This document shows, piece after piece, positions 41,331-54,809 of a stretch of DNA of 64,000 nt (its first letter is position 1; each line of letters opens with the position of its first letter). Made by a program: the position numbers and the translations under genes. The DNA comes from Octopus vulgaris (taxonomy: Eukaryota). The DNA is taken from assembly GCA_951406725.2 (NCBI GenBank), contig OX597821.1:10044001-10108000 (forward strand), written 5' to 3'. The notes beneath the pieces are model-generated. The model made no database searches. It was not told the origin of the DNA and was given only the letters and a program-made list of their open reading frames with translations.

Positions 41331-42356
41331 AATGTAGCTTTCTGTTACAAGCTCCAAAGCAGATTTTCTTATAATTAAGACAGTACGCAATGCAGTATGG
41401 ACATTTTGTCATAAAAACATTATTGGACAAATAGTATGATATTCAGCAGAATATAGATGATATATTGCCAACAAATTAAAGATCAAACTACTTAATATTC
41501 CAATATTAACAGTTTTGGGACTCAATGACCAAACAGTAAGGCACTAATTAAGAAAGATATTTTGTTAACGAATATCAGCATTAAATGTATTACGCTATCA
41601 TACGCATTTATGACTGATAATATTTCTCCAAATATTACGTAGTAAAAACATTTGTAGCAGCGAGATATAGTGACCCGAGGGCCAGTAAAGTTCCGTGTGT
41701 GCTCGTGTAAAAACAAAATGTACCTAGATTAATAAATCTATACCTCTCAGAATAAAGTGAAAATTCTCTATGTCAAAATATGACTTTTTTACAACTCTTG
41801 ATGACTTAATCAATATAACGACTTAAGTGACATGGAACAGAGAAAATAGGAACAGCAATGAAATAAAAATAACCTAAGCGCCAATTCTATTCAAAGTTAT
41901 CCACTTATGTAAATTTCAAAGTATTTCAAAATATTCCAGATGAAATACATACATTGGTACAATGGCAACTGCGCAAACGCGTCATTTTTTCGCTGCTTTG
42001 GTAGTATATATTTTGTGCAATTAGATTTCTGGACAATATATTTCGTGGAGAACTTTCTTCAACAAAACAACATTTATACAATATGTAGAAAGTACTTTAG
42101 AATTACAACCAAGTATAGAAATGCACTTCATATTTTAACATTTCGATATATATGCGTGTATGTGAGTACACAGACGGGCACGAACGCACTCCAAAATAAA
42201 TACACATGTATATATACATATATATACTTACACCACACACACACACACACATATATATATGTATATTATATTGTTATTGTTCCGTGATAGAAAATTCACA
42301 AAAATATTTCAACTGGAGAGAGATTTTATTTAAGGAGCACAATACATGTAATTAAC

Positions 42357-42412
42357 TGCTACTAATAGTTTCATATGTTGAAAAATACTCAAATATATAT
42401 ATTCCTCAGGCG
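42357..42412 (-). ncRNA. Type I hammerhead ribozyme motif (short stem I)
   Basis: Minus strand GC-CUGAGGA-AUAU..UUGA..UUCAA..AUAU-GAAA-CUAUUAG-UA-GC. Confidence 0.65.
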
Positions 42413-43045
42413 CAAATCACATATCTTAACGAACTGAAAATTTGGAATATTAGAAGAGACGAGAAAACATTAAGGAAGCAGCATATACAAATCACAGAAA
42501 ATGTTTTTAAAATAGTTTTCCGTCTTTTAACTTCCTCGTTTTCTATATGCCGCCTACTCATTTTTTTTCATTTTTCGCATTTCTTTTAATATTCAATTTT
42601 TATTTCGTTATATGTGGCTTGTGCTTGAATATAGAACTATTACTAGCGATTAAATATATGCATTATGCTCTTCAAATAACATATATATGTATATATATAT
42701 ATTGGAAACAACTTGTATGTATATATATATTGGAAACAACTTGTATGGCGCCGTTTCGGTGCCAAAGACTTGGAGGCATCAATGCACACCGGTCTCCCTC
42801 ACTGATATGAAGTCCCGCTTCCTAGATCAACTGGTTATTAAATAGAGATGAATATTCTTCTAGCCATCGCTCATCGTGTCTTTGTAACCAAATATATCTA
42901 TACGAGTTGATGGACAGACGTAATAAGGGAACGCAACCAAATTATCCGGATTTACAGGTATGGATCAAAACCGTTTGATTCAAATTCGTCGGTATTCTTG
43001 AGTTTGAAGAGTACAAAAGGATTTGATTCAAACTGTTTCTATCCC

Positions 43046-43106
<61 letters not shown>

Positions 43107-43120
43107 TACATATATACAGA

Positions 43121-43407
43121 CAATTGCAGCGTGGAAGGTTCTTATGAGCCATTTAAGAAATACAATAACCGTTAGATTCACTTCAACATTTGAATTTAAC
43201 TTGTCAAGATATTTTCGTCGCTTTGAGACCGCGACCTCTTCACATGATGCAGCACTACATGATGCAGCACTGAATTTTGTTTGTGAACAGGTCGCGGTCT
43301 CAAAGCGACGAAAATATTTTGACAAGTTAAATTCAAATGTTGAAGTGAATCTAACGGTTTTTGTGTTGTTCTTAAATGGCTTATAAACACCTTTCACGCA
43401 GTAATTG
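43121..43407. repeat. ~290-bp palindrome adjoining (TA)n, Penelope pLTR-like
   Basis: 43121-43243 is the reverse complement of 43283-43407. The spacer has a duplicated CATGATGCAGCACT. Confidence 0.95.
43277..43325 (+). ncRNA. Variant hammerhead ribozyme (G3-C8 core)
   Basis: UUGUUU-GUGAACA-g-GUCGC..GCGAC-GAAA-AUAU-UU-UGACAA. Stems I, II and palindromic III are present. Confidence 0.6.
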
Positions 43408-43452
43408 CTTTCGTTCCTTCATAAGGTCACTTGCTATGCAAGTACATCTCCG

Positions 43453-43495
<43 letters not shown>

Positions 43496-44601
43496 ATCCA
43501 ATGAAAAAGGTGTAGGAAGAAAGTTAGCTCTAAGCAATGCGAAGTAAATATGAAGGAAACCATCTTTCAGGGATAATAGTGGTTTATTGAGACGCATTGT
43601 TGTATATTTTATTCGTATCGAAGTATTTAAAGTGAGAAAGGTTTATTCTAAATTTCGCTGCAGCCAAATTGCGAGAAGAATCTCAGAAGTAGTAAACATC
43701 CAGGCGAGATCTAGCCTGTAATCTACTCTTCATGCTAAGGATGCCTTGAATAAATTAAGGAGGTAAATGTTAACGTATGGAAACTTCATTGAGAATGTGT
43801 AGACAGCACAGCAGGAGAGGAGAATATAAATGTACAGAGAAATAAATATTAAAGAAAGAAATTGAAAAAAATATAAGAGAGTGAGAAGAATGATGAATTT
43901 AAGCAAGATTATTTTACCGACTGGATTCAATAGAGCTGTCTTCGCAAGGATAGTGGTATTTTAAAAGAAGATAATTTGGAGGGAAAATGTGGGGAAATAT
44001 TTTTGATCAAGTGGAAGAAAAAGAGTGTGCATGAAGAAAGCAAAATGGAATTAAGTATTTCAGCTCGGCCATTTGACAGGTAGTGTTCAATAAAGTTTTT
44101 TTGACAGAATCACATAATTTTGCAAGGAGAGTAGTATTAGAAAAATGATGTGGAGGGAAGAGGGTAGGGAACCGTTTTTGTTCTAGGAAGGGAAAATATG
44201 CGTATGAAGAAAGCAGAAATGAACGAGGAAAATTCGTGCTTTCCACACATTCTGACTTAATCGTCCTTGCGTTTACATTCCTCGCGGCAATGTAAATTTC
44301 AATTTAATGAAGATGCCCTTGGCCTCCGAGGACAGTCAACAATTGAATGTCTTCGCAGCCAGTGCAAAAATTGCTGATACATTCCTGGCTTTGATACTAC
44401 ACTCTCCAGATCTCAAGCAATTACGTTTGAAAATAAAATGGGAATAGGATGAGTACTTATTGAATCTCATCATCCTTAAACTGTTTGAAATAATTTATCC
44501 GCAAATCTTCATATAAGAAATAAATATTACAATATTTATATACTGAACGTATACAATTTAATCTTAATGTATACGATGTGTATACAAGGAGGTTTTTACA
44601 T

Positions 44602-46890
44602 TTAGACAACTTCGCTATATATTGGGTTGTCCGGAAAGTTCATGCCGATTTTTAGTAGCTTAACTTTCGTCTTATTTTAGAACATGGTTGAGTCCATAAA
44701 ATAGGATTTGACAACACCTCCATTTAGTGCACAGTTTAAGTTATCATTTTGTGGAAGAAGGTTTATGCTTCTATAAACTGTGTTAATTCTGTAACCCTTT
44801 AAAATGGGAGATAAGAAAGTTCATTTTCGGCACTTGATGGGTTTTCTTTTTCCGTAAAGGGAAAAATGCCTCACGAGCAACCAAAGAAATATGCGCAGTT
44901 TACGGTGATGTTTCTTTATCCGAAAAAATTTACGGAAGTGATTCGTGAGGTTTCGAGTTGGTGATTGTAGCCTTATTGATAAAGAGCGATCAGGCAGACA
45001 ATCAGCTGCAGGTGATGACCAAATCAAGTCATTAATTGAGAATAACCCACCTTGCACAATCTGAGAATTGGCAGACAGCCTCAACCTATCAAAATCTGTC
45101 GTTCATGAGCACCTGGTAAAGCTCGGGTACAAAACTGGCTTGGATGTTTGGGTACCACATGAGTTGAATGAGAGGAACCTTTTGAATTGCATTTCAATCT
45201 GTGAATTGCTTTATAAACTGAATAAAAACGCGCCTTTTTTAAAGCAAATTGTGACAAGTGATGAGAAATAGATTATCTACAGAAATGTTCAGAGAAAGTG
45301 ATCCTGAAGTAAGTAACATGAGCCATCCATAGCCAGCCCAAAACAGGTATTCACCCTAAAAAAGGCTTGTTTTGTGTCCAGTGGGATTGGAAAGGCATTC
45401 TGTACTATGAGCTTCTCTCAAGTAACCAGACAAATAATTCTGAGAATTACAGCACACAACTGGACGAGTTAAATGCAGCAATTTAAGAGAAACATCCAGA
45501 ATTGTCCATCAGGAAGGGTATTGTTTTCCACCATAATAATGCACTACCGCAGGTTTCTTTGGGAACCAGAAAAAAATTGTTGCGCCCTCTATATTCACCA
45601 GATATTGCTCCTTCGGATTTCCACTTTTGCAGGTCTCTGCGGAATAGTCTTAATGATAAAAATGTCAATTCCTTGGATGACGTAAAAAGATACCTTGATG
45701 AATTATTTGCCATGACACCGCCTCAATTCTGGAAAGAGGGTATTTTCAAGTTAAAGTAAATATAGATACGCATTGTGCAACAAAATGTTTCATATTTGGT
45801 TGATTAAAAGTGTAATTGCGAGTATTTATTGACCTTTTTCTTTCCTTTAAAAATCGGCACGAACCTTCCGGACAAACCAATACAACATTTCTAGTTAGTT
45901 TATGTATATCATGTTGGTCTCGGCATCTTGGATTTGAATTGTAATTGAGGAACTCATTTTTGTCAGCATGAATTCATTATCTTGTCTGGATATACAACAC
46001 TGCTTATAGCAACGTATAATTGACCGTCAGAGAAAAATGGATTTGTTAAGTGAATGCCACATTTGACAGATTCTGTCCTCACTTTTGTTTATGAAAATTG
46101 CAAAAGTTGGTCGTATTGGAAATTGGCATCTTTTTAATGTGAAGTGTAATCAGAATCAGAAAGCATTAAACTAATCCGTGGAATCAGAAGGTATTAAACT
46201 GATCCGAGGAATCTGAAGAATTTGTCCCACTTCAAATCCAGTCAATTTTTTTGAAGCTATTAGATTGTTATTTGCAGTTACAATTTTATAAATTTTGCCG
46301 TTACAATGACCGTTTTGGTGATCAAGATATCTGAGTAACATTATTGCTGCTACAATCTTTAATTTAATCTCATGCGTAAAAAGACCACTTTCCTGGGATA
46401 ATATCTCTCTGGCTGCACGATGCTGTTTGAGCATATTGATGTAGAATTTCTTCCCTTCTTTCCTGTGATAAATTCTCCCGAGCTGCGCGATGCTTTTCAG
46501 CATTTTCATGTAGGATGTTTTCTCTTCTTTCCTGTGGTATATGTTCACTTGCTACCTTTGAGTGTCGTTGAGTGTGCTCTACTAAAATTTCGGAGTGACC
46601 TGCTTGGCTCAAGTTAGCCCGCGCTTCCGACCGTCGTGCAGCATCTATGTTTTTTACAGCTTCTCGTTGGCCACTGCTCAATCTTCTTCGCCTCACCTGT
46701 TGATGAAATCTGGCTGCTTTTCTTATCTGGCTGTAATGCGGTTTCAAAACTTACAAAAAAAAATATTTAAGCACTGCCTTTTCAAATTTATCAAAATAAG
46801 AGCGTAAAACATTTGCAGGGTTTTCAGTGGACATAAATATTTTGAAACCCAACTATATATTCTACTTCGTATCAATTATTATAGTATAGA
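44602..46890 (-). mobile_element. Internally deleted Helitron (N-terminal repeats fused to PIF1 helicase C-terminus), interrupted by the mariner
   Basis: A|TCTATACTATAATAA 5' end at 46890. Motifs HEIKLKI..IMLLRYLD..NGHCNG, IPRISLIPSD, CQFPIRPTFA and GQLYVAIS. The C-terminal TRNVVYSEVV* is split at a TA by the mariner. Confidence 0.88.
44622..45880 (+). mobile_element. Full-length mariner element with pseudogenised transposase (~44804-45807)
   Basis: TIRs TTGGGTTGTCCGGAAAGTTCATGCCGATTTTTA / TAAAAATCGGCACGAACCTTCCGGACAAACCAA and TA TSD. MGDKKVHFRHLM, WVPHEL, IVTSDEK and YSPDIAPSDF motifs with stops and frameshifts. Confidence 0.95.
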
Positions 46891-48023
46891 TTTTAATAAG
46901 CAACTATTTGTTAAAACATACAGGTAATAATTAATTTAAGTAGAATTACCTTCCACACTCCTTTAACTTTCCGACTTTGATATCCACGAACCTTTAGTGT
47001 TTTCATACTTGTGAACCTCAAAATCTTTTATTACTCATCCACCTATTTCAGAACATTAAACTTCCTTGTACTCGTACCTTTAGTGAATTTTAAATAGTTA
47101 CTTCATTTTATTTTCTCTCATCTTCCTTCTTATCCTATTATTGGCGTTATAATCCAACCATGTTACTCACATGCACTAACAGAGGAGAGTATCATTAGAA
47201 GGAGATTAATTGCTATTTATCGCTAGTCGGGTGACTGCATAGCTGTCTTGTTGGAGTATCAGTTGCAGAAAGAGTAACAGATAAGAGAAAACAGTCCCCA
47301 ATGCCGCTCACCGTTACAATACGGCAATCTGAGTTTATGTATATGTGTACCAACTTTTTTAATTTCATCTACATATCTACTGTTTGTCTAACGTTCTCTC
47401 TTTCTGTCTCCCTTCCTCTGTGTATCTCCCCTCTCCCGCTTTTAATTTTAAAATCTGTGTATGTATCTATGAATCTACTTCTTTTTAGCTATGTATCTGT
47501 TTTTCTTTGTATGTATCAGTCTGCTCTGAAAATCGTGATAAACATATTCCTTTCACTAACCAATCTCTCTCTCTCTATCTATCTATCTCATACTTTCTCT
47601 TTCTCTTCCATTTAAATAGAATTTTTCCTCTGTAATTAAGTACTTGAATTTCTTTCTGCTTTAATACTGAAGTGTGACGGGCAGACGGACAGAGAGGCAA
47701 ACAGTCGGACGCGGCTCTTTATTATACCCATTCGCACATGTCAACTTGTCTCTATCCCTCGTTGTGCGTCCTGTATGTATAGCCCTTTGTGACAAATAAA
47801 GAATTAAATTTCCTGCCGAACTGACGTATTTTTGTGAGCTCGTAAATGTTCCTACTTTCCTTTGCAAAGTGTGTTTAATTTATTTTTGATTTTGTGCACA
47901 TTCGAAACTGAACCTGCTTGACAGGGAAGGCGTTGCACCCAACACGTCTCAATTTTTAGAAGCAAATCTTTCCCTTGTTTTCTATTCAACTAATCATTTT
48001 TGCTTGTCAATCATGGCTTCCAT

Positions 48024-49000
48024 CCATGGCAAGGGTAAGACTCCAAAGTTGAAGTGTACAGCTAATTGATCTACGAACTCTTTCAAAAAATGTTTCCTTC
48101 TCCACCCTGTTGCGAGAAGCAGTAGGAGATTGATTTACTCTCCCAAGAAAAAAGTTATCGGTAACTCTCACAGACACACAAATCAGCAAAACCTAAGACT
48201 ACGTCATAGAAGAATTCAAACGGAACAACCGTGGTTTCGCGTCCGCAGCGAGAATCCATTAGTTATAACTAAACTTCAACTTTGACGACTTTAAAAAAGC
48301 CAAAAATCTGCTGAAAAGAGATGGCACAAATGTTACCTTGACCCCCGTCTCCTTAGGAAATCCAACACCGCTTGTCACGGAAAATCATAATTTACAAGAC
48401 TGTCATTAAAACAAAGAAAAATTGACCAAGATATGAAAGAAGCCATTGAAAATTTTCAACAAACCAAATGGCAAAAAAATTTCAGAGATAGAAAAATATA
48501 CGGTACTGTGAAGGTGAGATTCGCTTCGGAAAGCGAAGCAACAGAACACTCTACAGTCCCCTTATAAACGAACGAGCTGACGCTCCTAGCGACCTACTGA
48601 GGTCGGAGAGTAACGAAAGTAAAAATTGGGGAGCTGTCCTCAGAGATTGCCGTCCTAAATGTCGGGGCTCTGATCCGCCTTGGTGTAGAGGAAAACACAA
48701 ACATCCTACAGATAGAGGAACTGCACCAACAGAACTTGTGAGGGTAGGAGCTTGAAATGCCAATTCAAAACAAAACAGTGGGAGATTGAGTTTATTTGCG
48801 ATCTGATAAACCTGCCAGCCCGAGCAGAGCTGCGCGTGATAGTTGAGGGGCGTAGACCCAGGTGCTACCTATGTGGGCAGAAAAAGCATTTCAAAGCCTT
48901 CTGCCCACTGAGAGCAAGAGATAAAAGCCATACCCCAGCAAAGGTAGCGCACCAACAAAACCCATCACAGGCAATATAGGACGTGCCACAAATATCCCAA
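48024..49000 (+). pseudogene. Degenerate LINE ORF1/gag-like protein with CCHC zinc knuckle
   Basis: LRVIVEGRRPRCYLCGQKKHFKAFCP (CX2CX4HX4C). Upstream frames are broken. Confidence 0.75.
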
Positions 49001-49359
49001 CCAACAATCAGAACATCCAAGTTTGGACAACTAACACATCACTTGACGCATTAAAATCAAAAGACAAATGCACCACACATAGAGAAAGTACCTCAGTGCG
49101 CAGAACTAGCCATCGAACCAATAATCTTAGATCCTATGAAAGAAACCAAAATCATCCAACCCAAAGTATTCAGTAGATACCCAGTTGGGACCCCGTTGGC
49201 TATAAGGAAGCCAACAGCGATGATTTGAAGGAGACATGACACTTAGGACGTCAATCTCTAGGGACAGCTCTCCAATTTTTACTTTCGATACTTTCGATAT
49301 TTTCGCTTTTGTTGAGCAGGTATTTGGTTGATATTTCCTGTATATATATATATATATAC

Positions 49360-49398
<39 letters not shown>

Positions 49399-52300
49399 TA
49401 TGTATGTGTTTATATATTTGTTTATATCTTTTGCGAAGATATTTTAATACAAAAGCATACAAATGCTATGCCTTTATATTGCAGCTGTATAATTTTTTCC
49501 TATTATTTTATCACTTCACCTTATTAATGCTGTCAATATAGAAGGGATATAGACAGCTAATGGAAATTATAAAATTAACATACATTGACTGATTCCATAC
49601 AAAGAGAACGGAATCTATAATGTAAATTATCTGCGTAGTGTTGTCTACTGCATAAATCGGACTCGAGTTTAAAACTAAAATATTTCAAAAATTGCTTGCC
49701 AACACAAGAGAAGAGCAAAGTTTCTAAATAGAGTAAGAATTGACATTCTTATCTAATCGTCCATATTCATATATATGCTGATGATTCCGTTCATTTGGTT
49801 TACGGCCATGCAAACTATCTTTGCATTAATTGATTATACAAGAAGTTAATAAAATCTGCTGAGAATTTTCCTAACTGACACTGGACAGCGAAAACTTACT
49901 TTATGAAATGTTTTTAATATGCATACTAATTGTGTACTACCTTGTTTGATTACTCGTAATTCTTCTCCATTTGATCGGCTGAAATCCCCGCAAGACAAGA
50001 CTTCTAAATACATGTCATGGTATTGGAATAATGTTTGATGTATTTTATATTTAGTGTTTGAATATATTCTAACTGATAGGAATACTTCAATTTAACTGAA
50101 AATACCTCTGTATATGGAAAAGATAAAATGCAAATAAATGCAAAAGATAAATACAGATTTCGGATAGATTATCAAAGTGATCGCTTCATATAGCTTTGAG
50201 TGAGATAATACAAAAGTGACAATGAAACGCCTGAAGTGAAGCGGGATCTAGCAAAACGTGATATTATATACGAACAATGAAGTTACTCTAAATGTACCAT
50301 AAGTAAACATTTCAAGGAATAAAAGAACTGTACGAAACGAAGTATGTGCTGACGCAGTCAATCTATTCCTCTTTTAAACTCATTATTATATATTTCGTAA
50401 TAAACCTGTCGACATTTACATTTCGTCAAAAAGAGGAAATATTATTCAAAAACAAGAAAACATTATCATCTATTACACATAATTTTGACAGAAGAGTGAC
50501 GTACTCGGAAGTTATTTTCGAGAACAATATGGAAAATTCTAACAAAATCTTCAAACTGAGGTGAAAATGAAAACAATGGACGATGCTTAGAACGCGTATT
50601 ATTTGAGGATTATTTGTGTGTGTGTGTGTGTGTGTGTCTATCCGGTATATTTTTCTTTGGATGAAATATACAATCGTTTTTTACAATGCTTGCATATCAT
50701 AAGATTTTTTTTCGTTGTCTACTTTTATCATTCACCTACGCACACATTCATAAAATATGTCATAGTCGGCTAAATTAATATTACTTAAGTTGCTTTTCAT
50801 TCTTTCAACGTTGGATAAATGCGAGACAAAATGTATCTGGGCAGAATTGGAAAAGGAGCACACACATCATTTCATAGTAAATATCAGTCTAATAAGTTGG
50901 GCTTTTAGCTCACTCTCGGTCCATTTCTACCTTTTAATTTTTCAAATAAAAACTCATTAGTAAGCTCTGCCTCAAATTATCTTCTTTGATGCATAATTTA
51001 TGCTAGTTATTACTCATTATTTTTTTAATCATTGTCTTTTCAATAACTTTCTCTTACAGAAAACCCGTTTGCATTCGCCAAGCACTGTGTATATGGACAA
51101 AGTGTAATTGTATAAAACATAACTGACAATTATTTTATTATACTCATGTAGTAAAGAAGCCAAGTCAACTTCGGATGGATTTTGTCTCGGAAGATAAAAT
51201 AGTAAAGATATTGCAACTCCATTACATGACATGTTAACGATACATTCTGTTAGTTTTATGTAGGCTCTGTTACTATTTTGATTATATTTTACCGACCACA
51301 AGATGGCTAAATGCAGATTTGAGTATCTTGGACGTGAATCAGTTATTTCTATTACATAGGATTAAACGAAATAAGCACTAAATTATGGCGAAATAGGTTA
51401 CTTCTTTCATGACTAGTTATTTATTCGCTTACTGATGGATATGTAAAAGCAATCACGGCATGATTTCAAAAGCAAAGAAAACAGGAAATATTTTTTACCT
51501 CAGTTTGGAAAGCGGTATTAATCATGCCCTTTTGGTTTATTTGAAAACTGATTGAGTGATATTAGTTGATATTCAACCTGAAAATAAAGAATTCGGATTG
51601 CCGGAAAATATGATCGGAGAGGATATTCATACATTTGAGGAATTGTAGTGGACGAAATGTTTGAAACGTTTTGTGCGGGGCTATTACGGCGAAATATATA
51701 CGACGTCATGCAACATAAATAATGATGTCCATACACAACTTCATAAGAGTAAATTTTCGTGTTGCTTTGAACGGACAGACGCATAGATGAGACAGAACTT
51801 ATTATGTCCTAGGATGATGTGTGTTATGAGCTTGTTGTTGTGACTCGTATTGGAGTTGCGGTTGCGTGTGGAATGTTTCTGTATGTAGTTACTATCCTGC
51901 CTCAAGAGTAGAAGTAACATTTACTTAGTTCGGTGCAAATATTCAATGGGAATTGTATACAATCAAACTGGAACAATATACAAAAACTGGAACAATATTC
52001 CTCTCGTCCGTTTAATTTGCTATGATATGTATGTGAGAGGAGAGGAAAAACTGTCAGGCATTGTGAGGCCTTGCATTTCTAACAAATTTGAGTATTTTAT
52101 TTGAAGAGTTTCCGAGATATTTGTGAATGAGATACTTCTTTGAAAACAGCACAGCTTTATTTATGTTTTTCCACAACGAAAAGACAGCGTATTGACCTGT
52201 CCCTATAAGTTACTATTTAAGGAAGCATTTATTCTGTATCTATGAGAGAAATGATAGATTCAGCTTAGAATTGAGTGTTCAAAGGTGAGCAAACATACCT

Positions 52301-52494
52301 TTAATTTAAATTGAAAGGATTCGGATTCATAACAAAATACTCTAGCGCATCAGAATTGATAAGCTCTAAGACAATGATAGCACAGACAGAAGGCGCTATA
52401 ATGGCATGATCAAACAAGATACATATCCAGAAAGGAAAGGAATGTGTAAATGGCAGGTGCATAACTTGTTGTTGGGTCTTGTTATTTTTACTCT

Positions 52495-53010
52495 TAGTAT
52501 TATTATTATTTTACCTCTCAGAACGCTTGCAATTGTTTGTTCTGGTACATTCTGTGAGAGCAGACAGCAACCTGCTCTCAGAGGTCTCACAGCGTCGCTT
52601 TCCGCACATGCTTTGATACTTGGTTGTTAATTACCGTGGGAGACACTCAGCAACTAAGTACCAATCTCAAAATCCTAGCTGTCCCCGTATGTGGGCAGAG
52701 TCTTTGGGGCTTGCTTTGCTCTCAAAGCAATTCCAGTTTCTCTGACGTTCTATTCAAAATTGGTTGTTTGTGATCCGACTGCCTTTACAACAACTGGAAT
52801 GACAGACACTTTGCTCATAGTCCACATTCTTATAATTTCGTCTTTTAGTAGTGTGTAATTTTCAATATTTTCTTCTTCTTTGTCCCTTATTCATGCATCC
52901 CCAGGTATTGCAATATGTCTTACTTTGGTTTCCTTTCTCCTTTATCTATCAAAACATTATCCGTTCTCCGAGCATCGATTAAAGAGCCACACTGTATCGT
53001 AAAGTCTCTC
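52495..53010 (-). mobile_element. R4/Dong-like LINE 3' end (restriction-like endonuclease)
   Basis: IAIPGDA*IRDKEEENIENYTLLKDEIIRMW..VIPVVV. (TAA)n tail near 52500. Confidence 0.8.
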
Positions 53011-54129
53011 TAGGGAGAGACCGATAATAAACAGCAGTGCCAAAAAGAATATATTCTAGCCACTTTTGGCACTGAGTATAAGGGTTTTTGGAATCTTCAT
53101 GTGCCAGATTCAATTTTACCATGAAATTGTTTGTGGCAGGTTGGCAGAAAATCCCATGGCTGCAAATATATAGAAATCTTGTATAAATATGGAGTTACCT
53201 GTAATTGAATTTTAAAATTGAAAATTTATAATATTACTCCCAGATTTGCAGTTTTCGATTAGAAATATTGTAAAGATTACATTTTTACGCACATATTACT
53301 GCCTGAGGGGAAGGTAATTTTTGTATATATATATATACTCCGTATAAGAAAAAATATTTCAGTTTCTTGACATGGCTTATATTAAAAATAGTTTACTTTC
53401 ACTGATTTTGCGGATTCTTAATTCCGGCTGGGTGATTGATTTTGATTTTTTTCTATCTTCCCGGCAGCACGCTGTACACGTCCATGCTGTTTAATGTTTT
53501 CCTTTCTTGTGGGCATTATTCATTTTGTTGCGTATTTAAGATATGAATTTATTCCTGTATGTTTTTTGTAGGAGTGTTGCATAATAGTGTGTGTAAATCA
53601 TAAATCAACTATTTCATAGTATTTATGGTTATAGTGTTTACAGTGGTTCATTTTATTGTTCATTTTTACAGTGTTTACTTTTTTATCTGAACACCCCCCA
53701 TGGACATTTGTCGATGTTTCGTTCGTAGTTATATCAGCGTGAGACCGAGAAGAAACGGCTAGGTGAATATATATAAAGGTCTTGTATAAATATATGAAAT
53801 TAGAATTTTAAAATTTTACATATAGAAACATTGCAGTGTCCTCCTCCTCCTACTCCTCATTTTTTTCTTCTCCTTCTTCTTGTTATTATTGAGCGAGAGA
53901 GCGGTGCATATCATCAAAGTGTCATCAGCTTTCGTATTTTTGACCAGTTTATAATACGGAAGTTTGTAATACTGAATCTGGATGCGATTAAAGTCATTGA
54001 AAATGTGTATACTTCTTCATGTTTGTGTCTAACGTTAGCAGTTTTCCGAATGACACTTACTTTTGGGTAACATTTCTTACTTTAACTTTACTTTCATTAG
54101 CGAATATTTAATGCTATCTCATTCTCATA

Positions 54130-54660
54130 ATACTTGTTACCTATAACTGCCCACAGGCTGTAATATTTTCCCGGTATCTCTATCTAGTGGGATGTTGTAT
54201 GTGTTTAATAGATTTTCTTTGACAAATATAATTTTCGTGCACTTGAGAAGCCTAAATTCTGTTTTGATTCTATCACTGAATTGTTTGTCATTGTGTAGGA
54301 GTGCTTGCAGCTGTTCGTAATTTTTTGCGAACAATTTCAAATCATCCATATAGAGGAGATGATTATTTAATATATCCATACACTCTATATCATTAATTCG
54401 TTTCATTTAGAAACTTAGAGGAAGCATTGCTAATCAGACTAACAGAGGGGATAATGAGTCTCCTTGAAATATTCAGCAAGTCATAAATAGTTCTCCCGAG
54501 TTTATATTTGCTGTGTTAGTGTTAAAAATTAACGTCGTGTTCCAGAGATTCATTGTATGAGGAATAAAATTCCTTATTACCACTAAGACTTTGAACATTT
54601 TCTGGCCATTGTTTACCCAGCTAACGGGAATTCTATCATAGGTCTTCTTCTAGCCTATCG
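54130..54660 (-). mobile_element. R4/Dong-like RT fragment
   Basis: KKTYDRIP.SW, FQGDSLSPL and NHLLYMDDLKLFAK. Confidence 0.85.
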
Positions 54661-54704
54661 CGGTCACTTAGATATAGTATTATCATTATTATTGTTATAA
54701 CTGA

Positions 54705-54805
54705 AAGCGGCATTCTGGGAGCATCGTTAGCACGCCCGAAGAAATAGTTACCGGTATTTCGTCTGCTGTTACGTTGTGAGTTCAAATTTTGGCGATGCCG
54801 ACTAT
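54705..54805 (+). mobile_element. SINE 5' fragment
   Basis: ATCGTTAGCACGCCCG...GAGTTCAAAT B box. Same family as 9284-9500. Confidence 0.6.
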
Positions 54806-54809
54806 GAAC

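Noticed and set aside
43495-44480. Possible minus-strand Penelope N-terminal coding relic
   Set aside because: No motif could be read with enough confidence to call.
51499-51577. 79-bp minus-strand segment with a good acceptor and donor (could encode MINTAFQTE)
   Set aside because: No partner exon or recognisable protein, and such sites arise by chance in AT-rich DNA.
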